Of a stretch of DNA of 64,000 nucleotides, positions 22,901 to 36,206 are shown one piece after another (the first letter of the stretch is position 1; every line of letters starts with the position of its first letter). The position numbers and the translations under genes are program-made. Location of the stretch: the NCBI RefSeq assembly GCF_964204645.1, contig NC_134031.1:10914088-10978087 (forward strand). Reading direction: 5' to 3'. The stretch comes from Tubulanus polymorphus (taxonomy: Eukaryota > Animalia > Nemertea). The notes beneath the pieces are model-generated. The model did no database searches. It had not been told where the DNA came from and saw only the letters and a program-made list of their open reading frames with translations.

Positions 22901-24015
22901 ATCTTTATATTATTATCTCTTTCTATTTTTGGGATGTCTTTAATTATAACAGGATACTTATCTATCTTATAATTATTTTCAAATGGTTTATAATGAGTTA
23001 ATCTAAAACTATGTGTAATATCTTCTGTTGGATGTAAACAACTTATTATAGCCCATAGAAAACATTTATCATCTTCATTTTGTACATTTATTACAGCATT
23101 AGTTTTAAATGGTAGTTTAATATAACTTGATGCTTCAATATCTGGTTCTTTATAATATGATAAATTATTTTCATCAATTGGTTTTGATTTAGTTAACTTA
23201 TTATATTTTGTGTTATAAACATGTAAAGTTATAAATATTATCTCATCAAATATTAAACCAGATCCTTCAAAATATTTCTCTTCTATTTTAGTTTTTACTT
23301 CATTATAACATTTATCTAATTTATCATCTATATGTTGTTTAGATATAATATGTTGTGAATGAGAATTTATATTATATATTGGTTTATCTTCAGATTTTAT
23401 GAATTTAACTTTAGAAGATATACTTATTTTAGGATATTCAACATCAGTTATTATTTTTATTATTTCTTTCATATTTTCTAAATGTTTTTTATTTTCTTCT
23501 AATGTTTTACCTTTATGAAATTTAAACTCGATAGCTGCTGGACCAATATCACTTTTAAATGCTTCGGTTATCTCTATATCTTTTTTATTATCTAATGAAT
23601 TAATATAATTTCTTACATCTTCCATGTATGGTCTTTTATTGTTTAATTTATTTTTTATTCTTTTAATTGTCTTCTGTTTCTTATCGTTATCATTATCAAA
23701 ATAATCTTCACCTAAAATATCATTATTCTTATTTCTAATATGACTTATAGATTTTAAATGTTCTTTATAATATCTTTTATCACTGAATGATTGATTACAT
23801 GTATCACATTTGTATGTTTCTTTTTCATCCTTTAATTCTTCTAATTTATTTTCTAATATATCATCTTCATATTCTAGTTTCAATTTATTCTCTAAATGTG
23901 TTTTAGTTTTGTTGTGTCTTGCTTTTTGGGATTTATCTATATCGATATTACATGTTGGACAGTAGTACTTATTTGCTTCCATTTTAATACTATATTTTTT
24001 ATTAAAATTGAACAT
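19951..24015 (-). pseudogene. Polinton-type family B DNA polymerase (~1350 aa), in-frame stops at 22168-22170 and 21676-21678
   Basis: Exo motifs (YGDFES, FHNLSGYD, YLKSDV) and Pol motifs (YIDANNLYG, KLMNNAFYGK, YFDTDS). The three ORFs share one frame. Confidence 0.95.
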
Positions 24016-24657
24016 AACACTTACCTCTCAACGCGTCCCGCCGCCACGTATGAGTCCTACCGCGTGTGAGTCCCACCTATTTATACTACTCAACAGTGGG
24101 GAAAACCCAGCTGCGTGTTGAGACTTGTAAATTATGAGGCTTGTGATTGGCTAGTGTAATAGGGAATACTCAACTGTGATTGGATAGAGTAATACTCAAC
24201 TGTGATTGGATAGATTAATAGTAAAATACTCAACTGTGATTGGTTGGAAATACTCAACTGTGATTGGATAGATAAATAGTAAAATACTCAACTGTGATTG
24301 GCTGGAAATACTCAACTGTGATTGGCTAGCGTAATACTCAACTGTGATTGGCTAATGTAGTTTTCTAGATGGGTTGTTCTAGAATCAACATGTAATACGC
24401 AATACTCAACATGTTGAGGCTTGTAAATTATGAGACTTGTGATTAGATAGAGTAATAGGGATTTAGTTGTTCTATATCAAAGGTCGAAAGGTTGAGGTTG
24501 ATAAATTTTCCAAATGTTAAAATAATAATAATTTCTACTTGAATTAGGAGTGTACGCGACTAATTCAAGTAGAAATTATTATTATTTTAACATTTTGGAA
24601 AATTTCTCGGGCTCGACCTTTCGACCTTTGGTATAGAACAACTAAATCCCTATTACT
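23869..24657 (-). repeat. Right TIR of element 2; hairpin at 24451-24657
   Basis: Inverted copy of 6981-7769. Confidence 0.95.
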
Positions 24658-24817
24658 TACATCTATGTCAATAATATTTTGCCAGAAAGCTTGTTTGTGT
24701 ACACATAGACCTGTGACGTTTTTCACATCGATTTACGGCTGTCGTTTGTAAAATGACGCTGAATGGTTAACATTGTTTAGGTTTCATAATGGTAACGTTT
24801 TATAAGGCGTCAAAAAA

Positions 24818-26284
24818 TGCCGAAGGTACATAGGAAATTTAGATTCAATATCCAGTCGTATCTTATTCAATTACGTTATTACAATCGTTCCTGAAAATTG
24901 TCTTTCATACGTAGATGGTAATTGCCATTTAATCAATTTGAAACTAGGTATATGTACTTGTGAAGCTTTTATAATGATTGGACAACCATATTTTTGCAAA
25001 CATCTTTTTGCCTGTTTTGCCCAAAAAAACAATATAACCTCAACGAAGGCTTTAATTGATGCATATAAATTCCACATTGTGGAGCCTCTGCCAACTTACA
25101 ATTTTACTCGACAAAATAGTTCTGTTTCATCTACCCTCATTGATAAGTTAAAAGATCATTCCCACATTGCTAGCTCGAATGATATCAATGCTGCTCGGAA
25201 AGGGCACATTCTAAGTATTTTACATAATGAAAGCCACTGTGGAATTAAGTTAATAAGCGGACGACCTGCCAAACGACAACCTCACAATATGGCTCATAGG
25301 CGTGCTGAGGGTCCAATCAAGGACAATCAGGTTGCCATAAACCTTCCTGAACTTGAAGTGATAGACTCTTACTGCCCTAAGGTTACAATGCCTAAAGATG
25401 CTGAGAATGCAAGACACGGAGGGCGAAAGATAATTAGACCTGCTAACAGAGGTGTATCCTTTTCTGCTATGGTTGAAAATGCTGCTATCAAACTAGGTAA
25501 AAAAGCTAAAATATCAGAAATTGAAACCATAGACTCCACTGATCCAGATCCTGGCAATGATATCAAATTTTCAGCAGATATTTTATGCCAGAATAAATCA
25601 TCCTTACCGAAAAAATCAAAAGATACCAAACCAAAAGATATTAAGTCAATACCAGTTGTTAAAAATGACTCGAAGTCTGTTTTATTTGAAAAAAGTATTG
25701 TCTGTTCCTTTTATATTAAAGACAAAATAAATCCTCCATATCTTTGTTCATGTCGCAGGGAACTAGATAGGCATATATCCACTTCTCATTCATCTTTGAA
25801 ACCTATCTCATGTGCTATTTGTTGGGCAGATGGGGTTATTAATTCATATGCAAGTGAAACATTCCTTCAAAAGCACATTCGTATTGAACATAATCATCAT
25901 AAGAAAAAATGTATTGTAATCGATTATAATAAAAGAGATGATTATCTCAACAGTTCTCCTATTACAGAAATCAATAATTCCAATTCTGAAAAAGAATTAG
26001 AAATTCTTATAGATCAACCTGGAAATGCAGGCCTCCAAAACCTAGCAAAATTGAAACTAAATAATCTTTTGTCATCAAAAGTTGAAAAAACTCCTTCTCA
26101 GTTAGTTGCTGAAAACTGCCATGTCTGCCACAAAAACTGCAAAGCTAATCCTAAGAAAAAGTCCACATTCTCAAATGAATGTGATAATTGCCATAGATGG
26201 TATCATTGGAAATGTGCTCCAATCAATGAGGCTCCTCCTGAACATATCAGGTGGTTTTGTTTTCATTGTGACCCGATTTCCTAA
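24818..26284 (+). pseudogene. C-terminal part of the MULE-like gene: SWIM finger, C2H2-like finger and PHD finger
   Basis: CTC..FCKH (SWIM); CHVC..CDNCHRWYHWKC..WFCFHC (PHD). The frame is open from 24818 and joins 5955 in frame once the insertions are removed. Confidence 0.8.
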
Positions 26285-26856
26285 ATAGTTTGTATTGAAT
26301 ATTATTGATCAGGTTTCGAATGAATCCCTGACGTTAGAAATATTTGCATTTCCCATGGTGAACGTAGAAGCCTATAATGACCGTCACTTAGTATATATTT
26401 ACTCGATTATATATAAGGTTAAGAAGCAATGTATATGCACTGGTGTTTATAGTGCTCTATTTCAGGTTTTTTCTTTCAGGAAAATATATTTTGTGAATAG
26501 ATTACCGCTTGATTTTTTATGTTACAGGTTACTGCAAAATCATCAGTTATTGTGATGCGTGCCGATGTCTCTGGATGATTCTGACCATGTCTAGAACTTC
26601 AACATCCTTGACTTATCATCAATTGGCAGCAGTATACATACATGCATGTTCAGAGAGTGTATGAAGAGAGTGTATGGACACATCAACCTCGGTTCAAAGC
26701 TGTCCCTGATTAAATTGTATAATCCATATATAATATATATAGATTGGTCCCATTTTATATATAATTTCGGAAGAGTATCCAGATAGTTAAATAATAATAA
26801 GAACGCAACTATCACAATCTTCATGATGATAATGAGTTTATTTACATTTTCAAACG

Positions 26857-26900
26857 TTTCGATCGATTTCGACCCATCTCTTCGAGTCCTTTTCAAGAAA
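26857..26900 (-). ncRNA. Minimal hammerhead ribozyme variant (U3-A8) in the Penelope pLTR
   Basis: Inverted copy of the motif at 28540-28583. Confidence 0.6.
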
Positions 26901-28539
26901 TGACATGAAAAGATACAAACTATGTATAGTATACTGTTACTAATTACAGAGAATATCATGCAGGCGTGAAGTGGCCTAGTTTACAAAGTACAAATGGATT
27001 ATAAACATATCGAAATACGTTCAGTAAAAATGAGACACCATGTGTGGAGAGTTGTTTGTTAATACTTGGTTTTTTGGATTTTATATATAATGCCTCTTTG
27101 ATGGTGATTTCAAAGTCACTTTTTGTCCAGAATCAGCGATTGAAAAGTTGTTTTTTAAAGAAAAATTTGATGCACAATTTTTACATGATGTTAAATGTTC
27201 CTTAATTGCTGAAGGCGAAGTTCCATGCTCCTTTACCCTTGTGGCCAAATGTCGCATTGTTTTACCAATGTATGTGTTATTTGCATCACGCAAACATTTG
27301 AATTTATAAATTACATTGGCCAACAAGGGTGAAGGAGTATGGGACTTAAGTGAAAAGTAGTTCCTAATTTTGAAAGAAGTAAAGACAATACGAATATCCA
27401 CGTTGTAATATTGTTTGAATAGACTCTTGAGTTTTCTGCTAAATATAATTGAAGGGAGGCCTATGTAAGGAACGAAAAAAAGTGTTTCGACCTTATCTTC
27501 CCTGACCATACTAGCGGGAGTATCATCACTACATTTACTATTCAAAAATCTTCTAAGACACGAATTAAACAAATGTTGTGGGTAGCCATTTTTGTGGAAA
27601 ACGATTTTTAGGAAATCAATTTCTTGTGAGAAAACAAACCAACTACTGCTTATGGTATATGCTCTATGGAGCAGACATTGGATTAAGCCAAATTTCCATT
27701 TGTGCGGACACATAGCTGAAAAGTTTAGAATCAAGCTAGTGTAAGTTGATTTTCTAAATACATGAGAAGTGAAGGTACCATCATCCGTTGTTGGGAGCGA
27801 AATATACGTATCTAGAAATGGAAGTGTAGACGGTCCTATTTCTGAAGTAAATTTAAGATTTGAGTGTAGCGCATTTAGTTTCTCCAGGAAAGATGCATGT
27901 ATTGAATCACGTCTGAATACACAGAAAATATCATCAACATAACGTAGGTATATCGATGGCGCGAAACTTTTCCCTGAACAATCATCTAGCAGCTTAGATT
28001 CAAAATAAGCCAGACAGAAATTAGCCATAGTGGGCCCTAGAGGGCTGCCCATTGTAACTCCATCTACCTGTCGAAAAAAATCTATCGCGATACATAAAGA
28101 TTCCACTTGTTGCTATTTTCATAAGTTGTTTAAAGGTAGCCTTATCAAAATCTGGTTTAGTAGTCGATCCATAGATATGGTCTGCTATAATATCGATAGT
28201 TTGTCCCAATGGTACATTAGTAAAAAGTGACACGACATCAAAGCTGATCAGTATATCAGTAGGTTTGAAATAGAATTGTTTCAATCGCTCCAAAAAACTG
28301 GAGGTACTGTCTAGCATGTAATTAGAAGGAATATGTGGTTTGATAATATTGTCAAGGTATTTAGCCAAATTATACTCTGCTGTGTTTAACATTGAAACTA
28401 CAGGTCTGAAAGGAACTGAACGTATTTTGATATGTTTATAATCCATTTGTACTTTGTAAACTAGGCCACTTCACGCCTGCATGATATTCTCTGTAATTAG
28501 TAACAGTGTACTATACATAGTTTGTATATTTTCATGTCA

Positions 28540-28583
28540 TTTCTTGAAAAGGACTCGAAGAGATGAGTCGAAATCGATCGAAA
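28540..28583 (+). ncRNA. Minimal hammerhead ribozyme variant (U3-A8)
   Basis: tttc-TTGAAAA-G-gactc(gaagagat)gagtc-GAA-ATCGAT-C-gaaa. Confidence 0.62.
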
Positions 28584-28944
28584 CGTTTGAAAATGTAAAT
28601 AAACTCATTATCATCATGAAGATTGTGATGGTCCCATTTTAACTAACTCAACTGCTTGAATGTCTTGTTTCTTATTCGTAAATGTTCACTTATTCATTGA
28701 TTGTTTCTGTAGAATTTTATATGTGATATATAAACGTGGAAACCAGGGCCCATTGCACTAAGAAAGACACTTGACATTTTTTTGGGACAGATCTTTCTAT
28801 ATGTTTATGTCCTCGAGGCATCTGAAGTAAAGAAAATTCTCTTTGAAAACTGGATGTGACATAATGAAATAAGTTGCGGAATGTTTAAATTCGACAAAAT
28901 GAATGTATTTTGCATTCCTAAGGCCCTATATATTTACTGCAGTT

Positions 28945-29340
28945 AAGCCTGTATGTCTTTTTTATCGCAATTTACTGTGGTTTATTCCTGTTTGTCCTGT
29001 ATGTCTTTGTGATCGCGATCGCAATTCATTGGTTGCATTGTTTATTGTTAGTCCTGTATGTCTATCGCAATTAAGTTAGTCCTGTATGTCCTGTATGTCT
29101 TAGTTAATCGCAATTCATTGGTTGCTTTGTCTACTGTTAGTCTTGTATGTCCTGTATGTCTATCGCAATTAACTATCGCAATTAAGTTAGTCCTGTATGT
29201 CCTGTATGTCTTAGTTAATCGCAATTCATTGGTTGCATTGTCTACTGTTAGTCCTGAATGTCTATCGCAATTAAGTTAGTCCTGTTTGTCCTGTATGCCT
29301 TAGTTAATCGCAATTCATTGGTTGTTGAAATGTCTACTGT
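28945..29340. repeat. Composite minisatellite
   Basis: Recurrent GTCCTGTATGTC and ATCGCAATT units in ~110-120-bp blocks. Confidence 0.8.
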
Positions 29341-32300
29341 AACTTCCGAGTCGAGATCTAGAATCATTATAGTTAGTGATTTTCTAGGTTTATATCGTTT
29401 GTGAGCTAGGAATGATTAAATTTTAACAAAAGAGAGTCGCTTGATGAAACTAAGACTAGGAATCAACTATTCTCAGATTTCAAAAGTTATCTTGATCGCC
29501 ATCGTACGCCACTTAGCACAACATTTTTCCTCGGTTTATTCCGAGTGAAATAGGAATAAATTCCACTATTGCTATTTTCGGTATGATTCCAAGTCTGTGA
29601 GCTATTCGACTAGGGAAAGTTGGACTTAAATGCCGATACTAGGAAATTATCTGACCACTGATTTTTGTCCCCGAAATGTTTGTATGATCGTCGAATTTAT
29701 TCATCACATCGGCATACCAAGGACTGCAGTTGTCACCTTGTTGTGTTTAAATATGCAGTTGAGGTTCGGTCCACTTTTTCCGTCTGGATTATTTAGACGA
29801 ACGGCTTTATGATAACCCAATGAACGAAGTACATGGTACAGGCTTACTAACGAGGATATCATCCACCCGCTAAGCAGTCTATTACTACGTGATACTAAAC
29901 TATAAATACGTACTACTAATACCGGTACCATTCTATTCTCACAAGATTGATTTTTCAAAATCCCAATCACATCATAACTGGGAGATATAAATTGTATTAA
30001 TTCCAACGAACGAATTGGCGGTTGCGGGGCCGCCCAGCGTGGCAAAAATTCAAAAAACAATCGGATCCACCCGCTCGTAATAAATGATTAGGCTTCCGTT
30101 TATATAATTACTTAATCTTCTACTTCATATGAACTATTTTTCTTCTTTTCCTGGAGAGAACGATGATTTGTGCCACCTCTCATCGTGCCACCTCTGAAAT
30201 CTTCAATTTATAATAGTTTGAATACGGGGTGATTGCCACTTGGGTCAAGTTCAAGTTCAAGTTCAAGTTCAAATTTATCGTTAGACTGGTTGCCTGTCCC
30301 ATTCAATATGGGACAGGGTCTGACTATTTCAGATGGCTGGTAGTCATAGTGCATACGGTGCAGATGATGTTAGGTGACATTGAGTACAATATGGTGAATA
30401 TTACAAGTCATTGATATACAAATATGGTGATTGTCAAACATTTCTCTACAACGATCGGGTTACTAAGATATAAGAAATTATTATGTGTAAAAAGTTAAAA
30501 AGCAAACCAAAATGGCCAAATTAGCTCACCTGTTGCCGAAGTGTGCAGAAAATAGATGTTATCAAATTACCGCCCTCCAATTATTATATACTAATATATA
30601 TATATACCGGTATATATATGCCAATGAGTCCACACATTTACAATGGACAAAAATTGTCCACAACTTTAAATGTTCCTATATTCAAATAATTAGCATATTT
30701 TTTATGTGAACTAATCGACACCACATTTGTGCTGTGTAATGATCCCAATAACCTTTATCAAAAATACATCATATATATGTTATATGGAGTATTAGACAAA
30801 AACATTAAGTCAAAAAGCAATAAGTGAAAGAGAAAAAAAGCATGTTGCACACCCACCAAAATATGTTTTGGTATTAAGTATGCAGTCGGAAAGTCCAGAC
30901 GGACTTTCAGACTGTATTAACATAAAATACTACTACATTAAAAGCAGTTCAGTGATAGAAGAGTTTCGAAAGTAAATACTACAGTAGACTCCGCCTATGT
31001 CGGATCCATATCAGTCTCGGATTCATTTAGCTCGGATTGAATTTCTGGTCTCTTTGCTTCATATTTCATTCAAAATAGCCTTGCTTATGTCGGAATATGT
31101 GATTTCGCTGAAATGAATTGATGTGGTTTGCCCCAATAATATCTGTAATTCCGGTGACGCGCGCCTGCATGTATTAGTCTATAGGCATACGATCATATCG
31201 AAAAACAGTACATACAGGAAGACTTATTCATACTCGTGTATATATGCTGTTTGCGAGGCCATATGTCAACACAACACTCATCAGCGTATACGTTATTATA
31301 CTGTACTATAGGTCTAGATAGATAGAACAGAAAACAAGACTAGGGAAGAGAGACATTAAAATTACGGTAAAAGATAAACATACCACCACTATATTCAGAT
31401 AACTTGTCCTTCCACCAGACGCACCACGTAGTTCTTGACTTCAATTCGTGTTCATTGATGAGTGCTGACACTTCCATAAAATCATGACAATCATGTAAAG
31501 AATAAGACGGATCGGAAGAAGATGAAGTTGAATCGTCCGCCATTTTAGGTACGTAGGTGAAGTCTAAATGTATAATTCGTTGACCGAAATGAAGGTGACT
31601 CCCAGCCATCTGAAATAGTCAGACCCTATGGGACAGGTTTTGCCCGTCCGCCATCTTCCGCGGATTTTACGGATCCAATCAGATTTCAGTATTTCATCAC
31701 GTGAACAATGTAACATGGCCGCCTACACTGTGTCTCGATTTACGTTCCATGGACCTCTTTAAAGTCATTTTTATACCAATGAAGAAAGAAATTCCATTAA
31801 AACTGCCAGGTAACGCTTTTGCAGGCACTTGTTTAGCGTGTGGTACCGAAAATATCGGTATTCAATTCAGGATGGCTGTGTGACAGCGCCGTCAGAACCT
31901 ACAGGTCGTCAATCAGCAATTTGGACTGTGTGACACTGTGTGTGTGGAGGAAACAATAATACATACAATACTACTATACCACTACTGACATACTCAACCT
32001 TGCAGCAGAGGCTACTTGTTTGTCCACTCGAGGCGATTGATTGATTACCGATTGTTCTTAATGTGACATTGGATATCAGCAGTTGATCCAGTGAAAATAA
32101 TGATATCAACAAGGTTACTTCACCTACTTACTTACTTCTTCATAAAAATGTGAACATTGAATATGAGTGCTATTCCACAAACACTATGTTGATTATCTAT
32201 TGTAGATTATTGTGAGCGTTTTAGTGATGATTTTGTGAGTCACAACTCGTAGGATGTTTTAAGAAATTGAAATAATGCATATCAAATTAGCTCAACATGA

Positions 32301-32792
32301 AAAGAATAGATTGCAATGCATCAAGGTAAGTTTGAAAAATGGATTCTGAACCATTAATTGTAAAGTCAATCCAGGTTTAATTGTAAGTAAGATATGTATT
32401 TTAATTTCAGAATGATAACATCATGCAGTAATCAAAGAGAATAAAGAATCAGCACTAGCTGTCATGAAATGAGATTCCAAATAACAGGCGGTGAAACTCT
32501 TGATTCTTGATTCTGATAAACTCATCATCATCAGTTACATCAGCAAGCGCCGCTGCGCCAAGATGTTGTGTACTGTATTTCTCCACTGCTCACGATCTGA
32601 TAAACTGATGAGGTTTAAAGAGCTGGATTCTGTGAATAACTGCACTAGCGAGCCTTCAATTTGAATTGTGATTGGATTATCTGTCTGGTCGAGACATGGT
32701 CTTTATGATTCTAAAGACACTATCATTCAAATCGGGGATAGCAGAATCGTCCCAATTTGTCGATGAAAAAAAAACTACTGTTTTATGTCATG

Positions 32793-33761
32793 CAGGGCTG
32801 CCAACCAGTACGATATCGTCGTATTTTCGTACGATTGGTGCGTTGAACGTACGACGATACGCTGAACAACAAATCAATACGACCGGGAGCTAGTAACTGT
32901 ACGATGATACGCTGTACGGCAAACTAATTCGACCCGGTCGTTTAATGCATACGATAATACAATGAATTGTCTTTTAGTACGATAATATATCAAGATATGT
33001 TGTTAAAGTAAATAAATATTACGTATTTTCTATCGTTTCTTAGACATTTGATTTCACGCCGCAGTATTGCGACGGTTGTGTTCGCTACTTAGGACGTCTG
33101 TCGATTGACGGTATCAAAGATGGCGGCTTCCTGTTCGCGGCGTGTGCCGGCTCGTTCTTTGAAATTTTAACAATAAAAGTGAACAATATGTCCGATTCAA
33201 ATGACGGAGAGGAGCGTGCTGATCATGCGGCGGCAGCTGATGCTGGTAACGAAGGATCTTCGGCAAAAAAACGAAACGTAGTGGAACCGGACCGGAGATA
33301 CGTAAACAAACGTTCTTAAATGTCTATACGTAGAAATTCCCTTGCAATGCATCACAAGGTCAAAATCGTCTCGGTATTTTGCTTATTGTAACATTTGCGG
33401 GATTGATGTATCAGTATCCCATGGTGGGAGTAGTGACCTTGTAAAGCACTTTGGTACTACTGGCCACAAAGATAAAGCTAAGTTTAGGAAAATTTCCCAC
33501 TTCTTGCGTCCTAGCCAGAAAGAAGATGATGATTTGTCAGTGATTCGTACAGAAGTATTGTTCACATACTTCTTAGTTGAACATAATATTGCTCTCATGG
33601 CTAAAATGTTGTCGTGAATTACAGAAATAAAGATTTCAATATTGATTTTCCGGTTTATGTTTTCTTGATTTTTGGAAACCAAAAATAGGATGTGATCTGA
33701 AAAAATAGGATGAAACATGGATATGAGTAGGATGAGAGAAAACTATGAGTTGGCAGCTCTG
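32793..33761 (+). mobile_element. hAT-like internally deleted transposon with a BED-type finger remnant
   Basis: TIR CAGGGCTGCCAAC/GTTGGCAGCTCTG, TSD GTCATG, peptide AYCNICGIDVSVSHGGSSDLVKHF..EHNI. Confidence 0.78.
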
Positions 33762-35726
33762 GTCATGGAATACGTAGTGTCATTGCTTATTCTCTTGTCA
33801 ATTCCTTATTCTCTTGTCAGGGGCTGAACAAGATATTGTACCAGAAGTGAACAATAAATATTGAATTCAGTGAAAAAGAATTGGTCGTGATGAATTTTAT
33901 AATCTATTTCTAGCAAAGTCAACATTGACATTGTGTGGTCCATGAGGAGAGAGGATATTGCGAATTTCCAGTGTGATCTGAGTGACTTGTCTTGACCAAG
34001 TCTCTTAATTTGACTGTGCCAACTTGCTGTCTGTATCAGGAAATCAGTAGGCTGAGGTGGATCCAAATATCTGATCTCACAAAGCGCTAAGGAGTTCAAC
34101 AATTGTAAACTTTATTCAGATACTAAATATAGTCAACAGTATTAAAACATCAATTCACTAAATACATACATCTCAGAAAGGATGTCCCCTGTTCCTTCAA
34201 TGTTCCGTATTCAGTGACGGTCGCGGCAGAGCTCACCTCGCATTAGATTTCGATAGTTAATTTGTATTCCGAGTACCAGGTAAATTATCAGTGGATTTAT
34301 CTGATACTAACAGCAATTAATGTCTTTCCGTCCATTGTAAAGGGCAATTTTGATATCGCTCGAAGCTAAGCAAATTCGAAGAGACGCCATCTTAACCAGG
34401 AAGTAACTTGCTACTTTACATGTTTGACCTTATTTGACATGCATCAAAAATGTAAAATGGAGGATATGCACAACCGGTCTCTAATTGAAGATAGACTGGT
34501 TGCCTGTCCCATTCAATATGAATCTAATTGAAGATAGAACCCAGTAACCAGTCTATTGGGTCGTGACATCTCTAACTGAAGGTAGAGACCGGCAACCAGT
34601 CTACTATCGGATAAGCCGAGGACCTCATCCTCGCTTGCCAGGGGTCCAGTATCACTCCCAAACTCGCTTCCACCAGCCCCCTGGCCTCACGAAGCGTGAT
34701 TTCATTACTGGCGCTGTTGCGCATGACGTCATATATCGATTTGCGTCATACTTCCTTTTTCGCTAAAACGTTCGCTGATTGGTCCATTTAACGGGAAAAC
34801 CAACAGAAGTCTACTGTCGGTTTGTTACAAGCGCTGAGATTGGTACGACCGAATTCTGGTCGGCTAGTAACGACTCCAACGACTCGTGAGGTCAAGGGGT
34901 TCGGGGAACAGCTTTAGCGTAGTGGGTTCGAATCCCTTGGCGGGTGAAGATGCGAGGACCTGTGCATCTGAGTTAAACTACAGCGTCCCGTGAGAGTATG
35001 AGTCAGTCTATACACAAAAAAATTGAAATTTCGATAGCTGTGGTTCTGTCTTCTCTTGATCCGATCTTCATTATCACATTTAATGTTTCGAATTGATGAT
35101 ATCATTGATCTGAAATAAATAAATTACGAATAAATTTCGATTATTAACATGTTCTTAACATTATTCTGAGTGTATATAGTAAATAATCGAGTGCGGTTAC
35201 TTTCGACATTTCGGCTATGAAATGCAAAGTTTTCATTTTCACAGGCCCCAGGTCCTCTCTCGGGACATGCTGCATTGCTGCAGTTTAACCTGTTTCGACC
35301 TGTGACGCCTTGTTTTGCTGATCGTTAAGATCGATCGACTACGGTACGCACGGTTTGTTTGAATTCAGATTTCTCATACCGTATTGACACATAGCCATCG
35401 GTGAAGCACTTGCTGGTGGATTTGTTTCTGTCCCATTTAATAATTAGGCCATAAGGCAATAGCCAACTACTCGTTGACGTTGTAAGTAAGACAGTGTTAG
35501 GTAACGAAGTAAAGTCGTTTTTTCCTGTTCTCCCCCACGAAAATTTTTTAATCTAACAACGCCACCTCAGAGTGAGAGTGTCTGAGACAGAAAATCACAC
35601 TGGAATTTGTGAAAAGTTGATGCCAAGCCAAATATCACTATAGAAATAAATAAATAAAATCTATCATTAACGAAAACTGGGTGAATGGTTCAGTTACTAA
35701 GTCTATTTTTAGAGAAACTGACGACA

Positions 35727-36165
35727 GGTCATCCTTATTACCGAGATGACGTATTTTACCGAGATGTTCCGAGATGAACCGTGATGAAATTAAATATAGC
35801 ATATTTATTTATTCCTTATCGATTTTAACACTTGAAATCATGTTATATCAGTAATAAATACCTTCTAGAGTCATATTTTACATATTTTTTTTATTAAAAA
35901 AAATTTTGACTTCAAATACGTAAACTTGGTTAGCAATAAAATTTCATTGAATTTGATTGATCGACGATCTCATCTCGGTAAAGTTAAGTTATTTTTCTAC
36001 AAAAATATCCGACAAAATATGTAAAATATGACTCCAGCAAGTATTTATTACTGATATAATATGATTTCAATTGTTAAAATCGATAAGGAATAAATAAATA
36101 TGTTATATTTCATTTCATCTCGGTTGATCTCGGTAAAATACGTCATCTCGGTTATAAGGATGACC
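35727..36165. mobile_element. Fold-back MITE (GGTC termini, ~9-10-bp TSD)
   Basis: Almost wholly palindromic; flanked by CTGACGACA repeats. Confidence 0.75.
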
Positions 36166-36206
36166 GCTGACGACAACCTACGCACTCAGAATGAATCGCA
36201 TGAACC

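Larger units (their letters stand above)
6981..24657. mobile_element. Complete Polinton/Maverick-class endogenous virus (element 2), 17,677 bp
   Basis: 5'-AG...CT-3' ends, 789-bp TIRs, TSD TACATC at 6975-6980 and 24658-24663; pPolB, integrase, ATPase, MCP and minor capsid genes. Confidence 0.96.
5953..24817 (-). mobile_element. Helentron-type non-autonomous element (HINE family B), split by element 2 (parts 5953-6980 and 24664-24817)
   Basis: Near-identical uninterrupted copy at 42899-44082; subterminal IR TTTGACGCCT/AGGCGTCAAA; 3' stem-loop then CTTGTT; inserted in a T-run without TSD. Confidence 0.75.
26760..28630 (-). mobile_element. Penelope-like retroelement, 5'-truncated, with an inverted copy of its 3' pLTR (~28415-28630)
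   Basis: RT motifs SFDVVSLFTNVP, MGSPLGP, YVDD; GIY-YIG motif YIGKT..R..EH; frameshifted ORF at ~27010-28415. Confidence 0.9.

Noticed and set aside
24451-24657. Flip/flop isomerism between the two hairpins of element 2
   Set aside because: The two ends are exact inverted copies, so no flip/flop is visible within this window.
26591-26959. 122-aa ORF also present at 58557-58847
   Set aside because: It lies in the non-coding Penelope pLTR and runs into unrelated flanks.
30282-34602. Large element bounded by TAGACTGGTTGCC/GGCAACCAGTCTA (Academ-like ends)
   Set aside because: There are several partial end copies, no clear TSD and no recognisable transposase, so it cannot be delimited.
34915-34945. 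tRNA gene (GGTTCGAATCCC B-box)
   Set aside because: No cloverleaf can be built; at most a SINE fragment.
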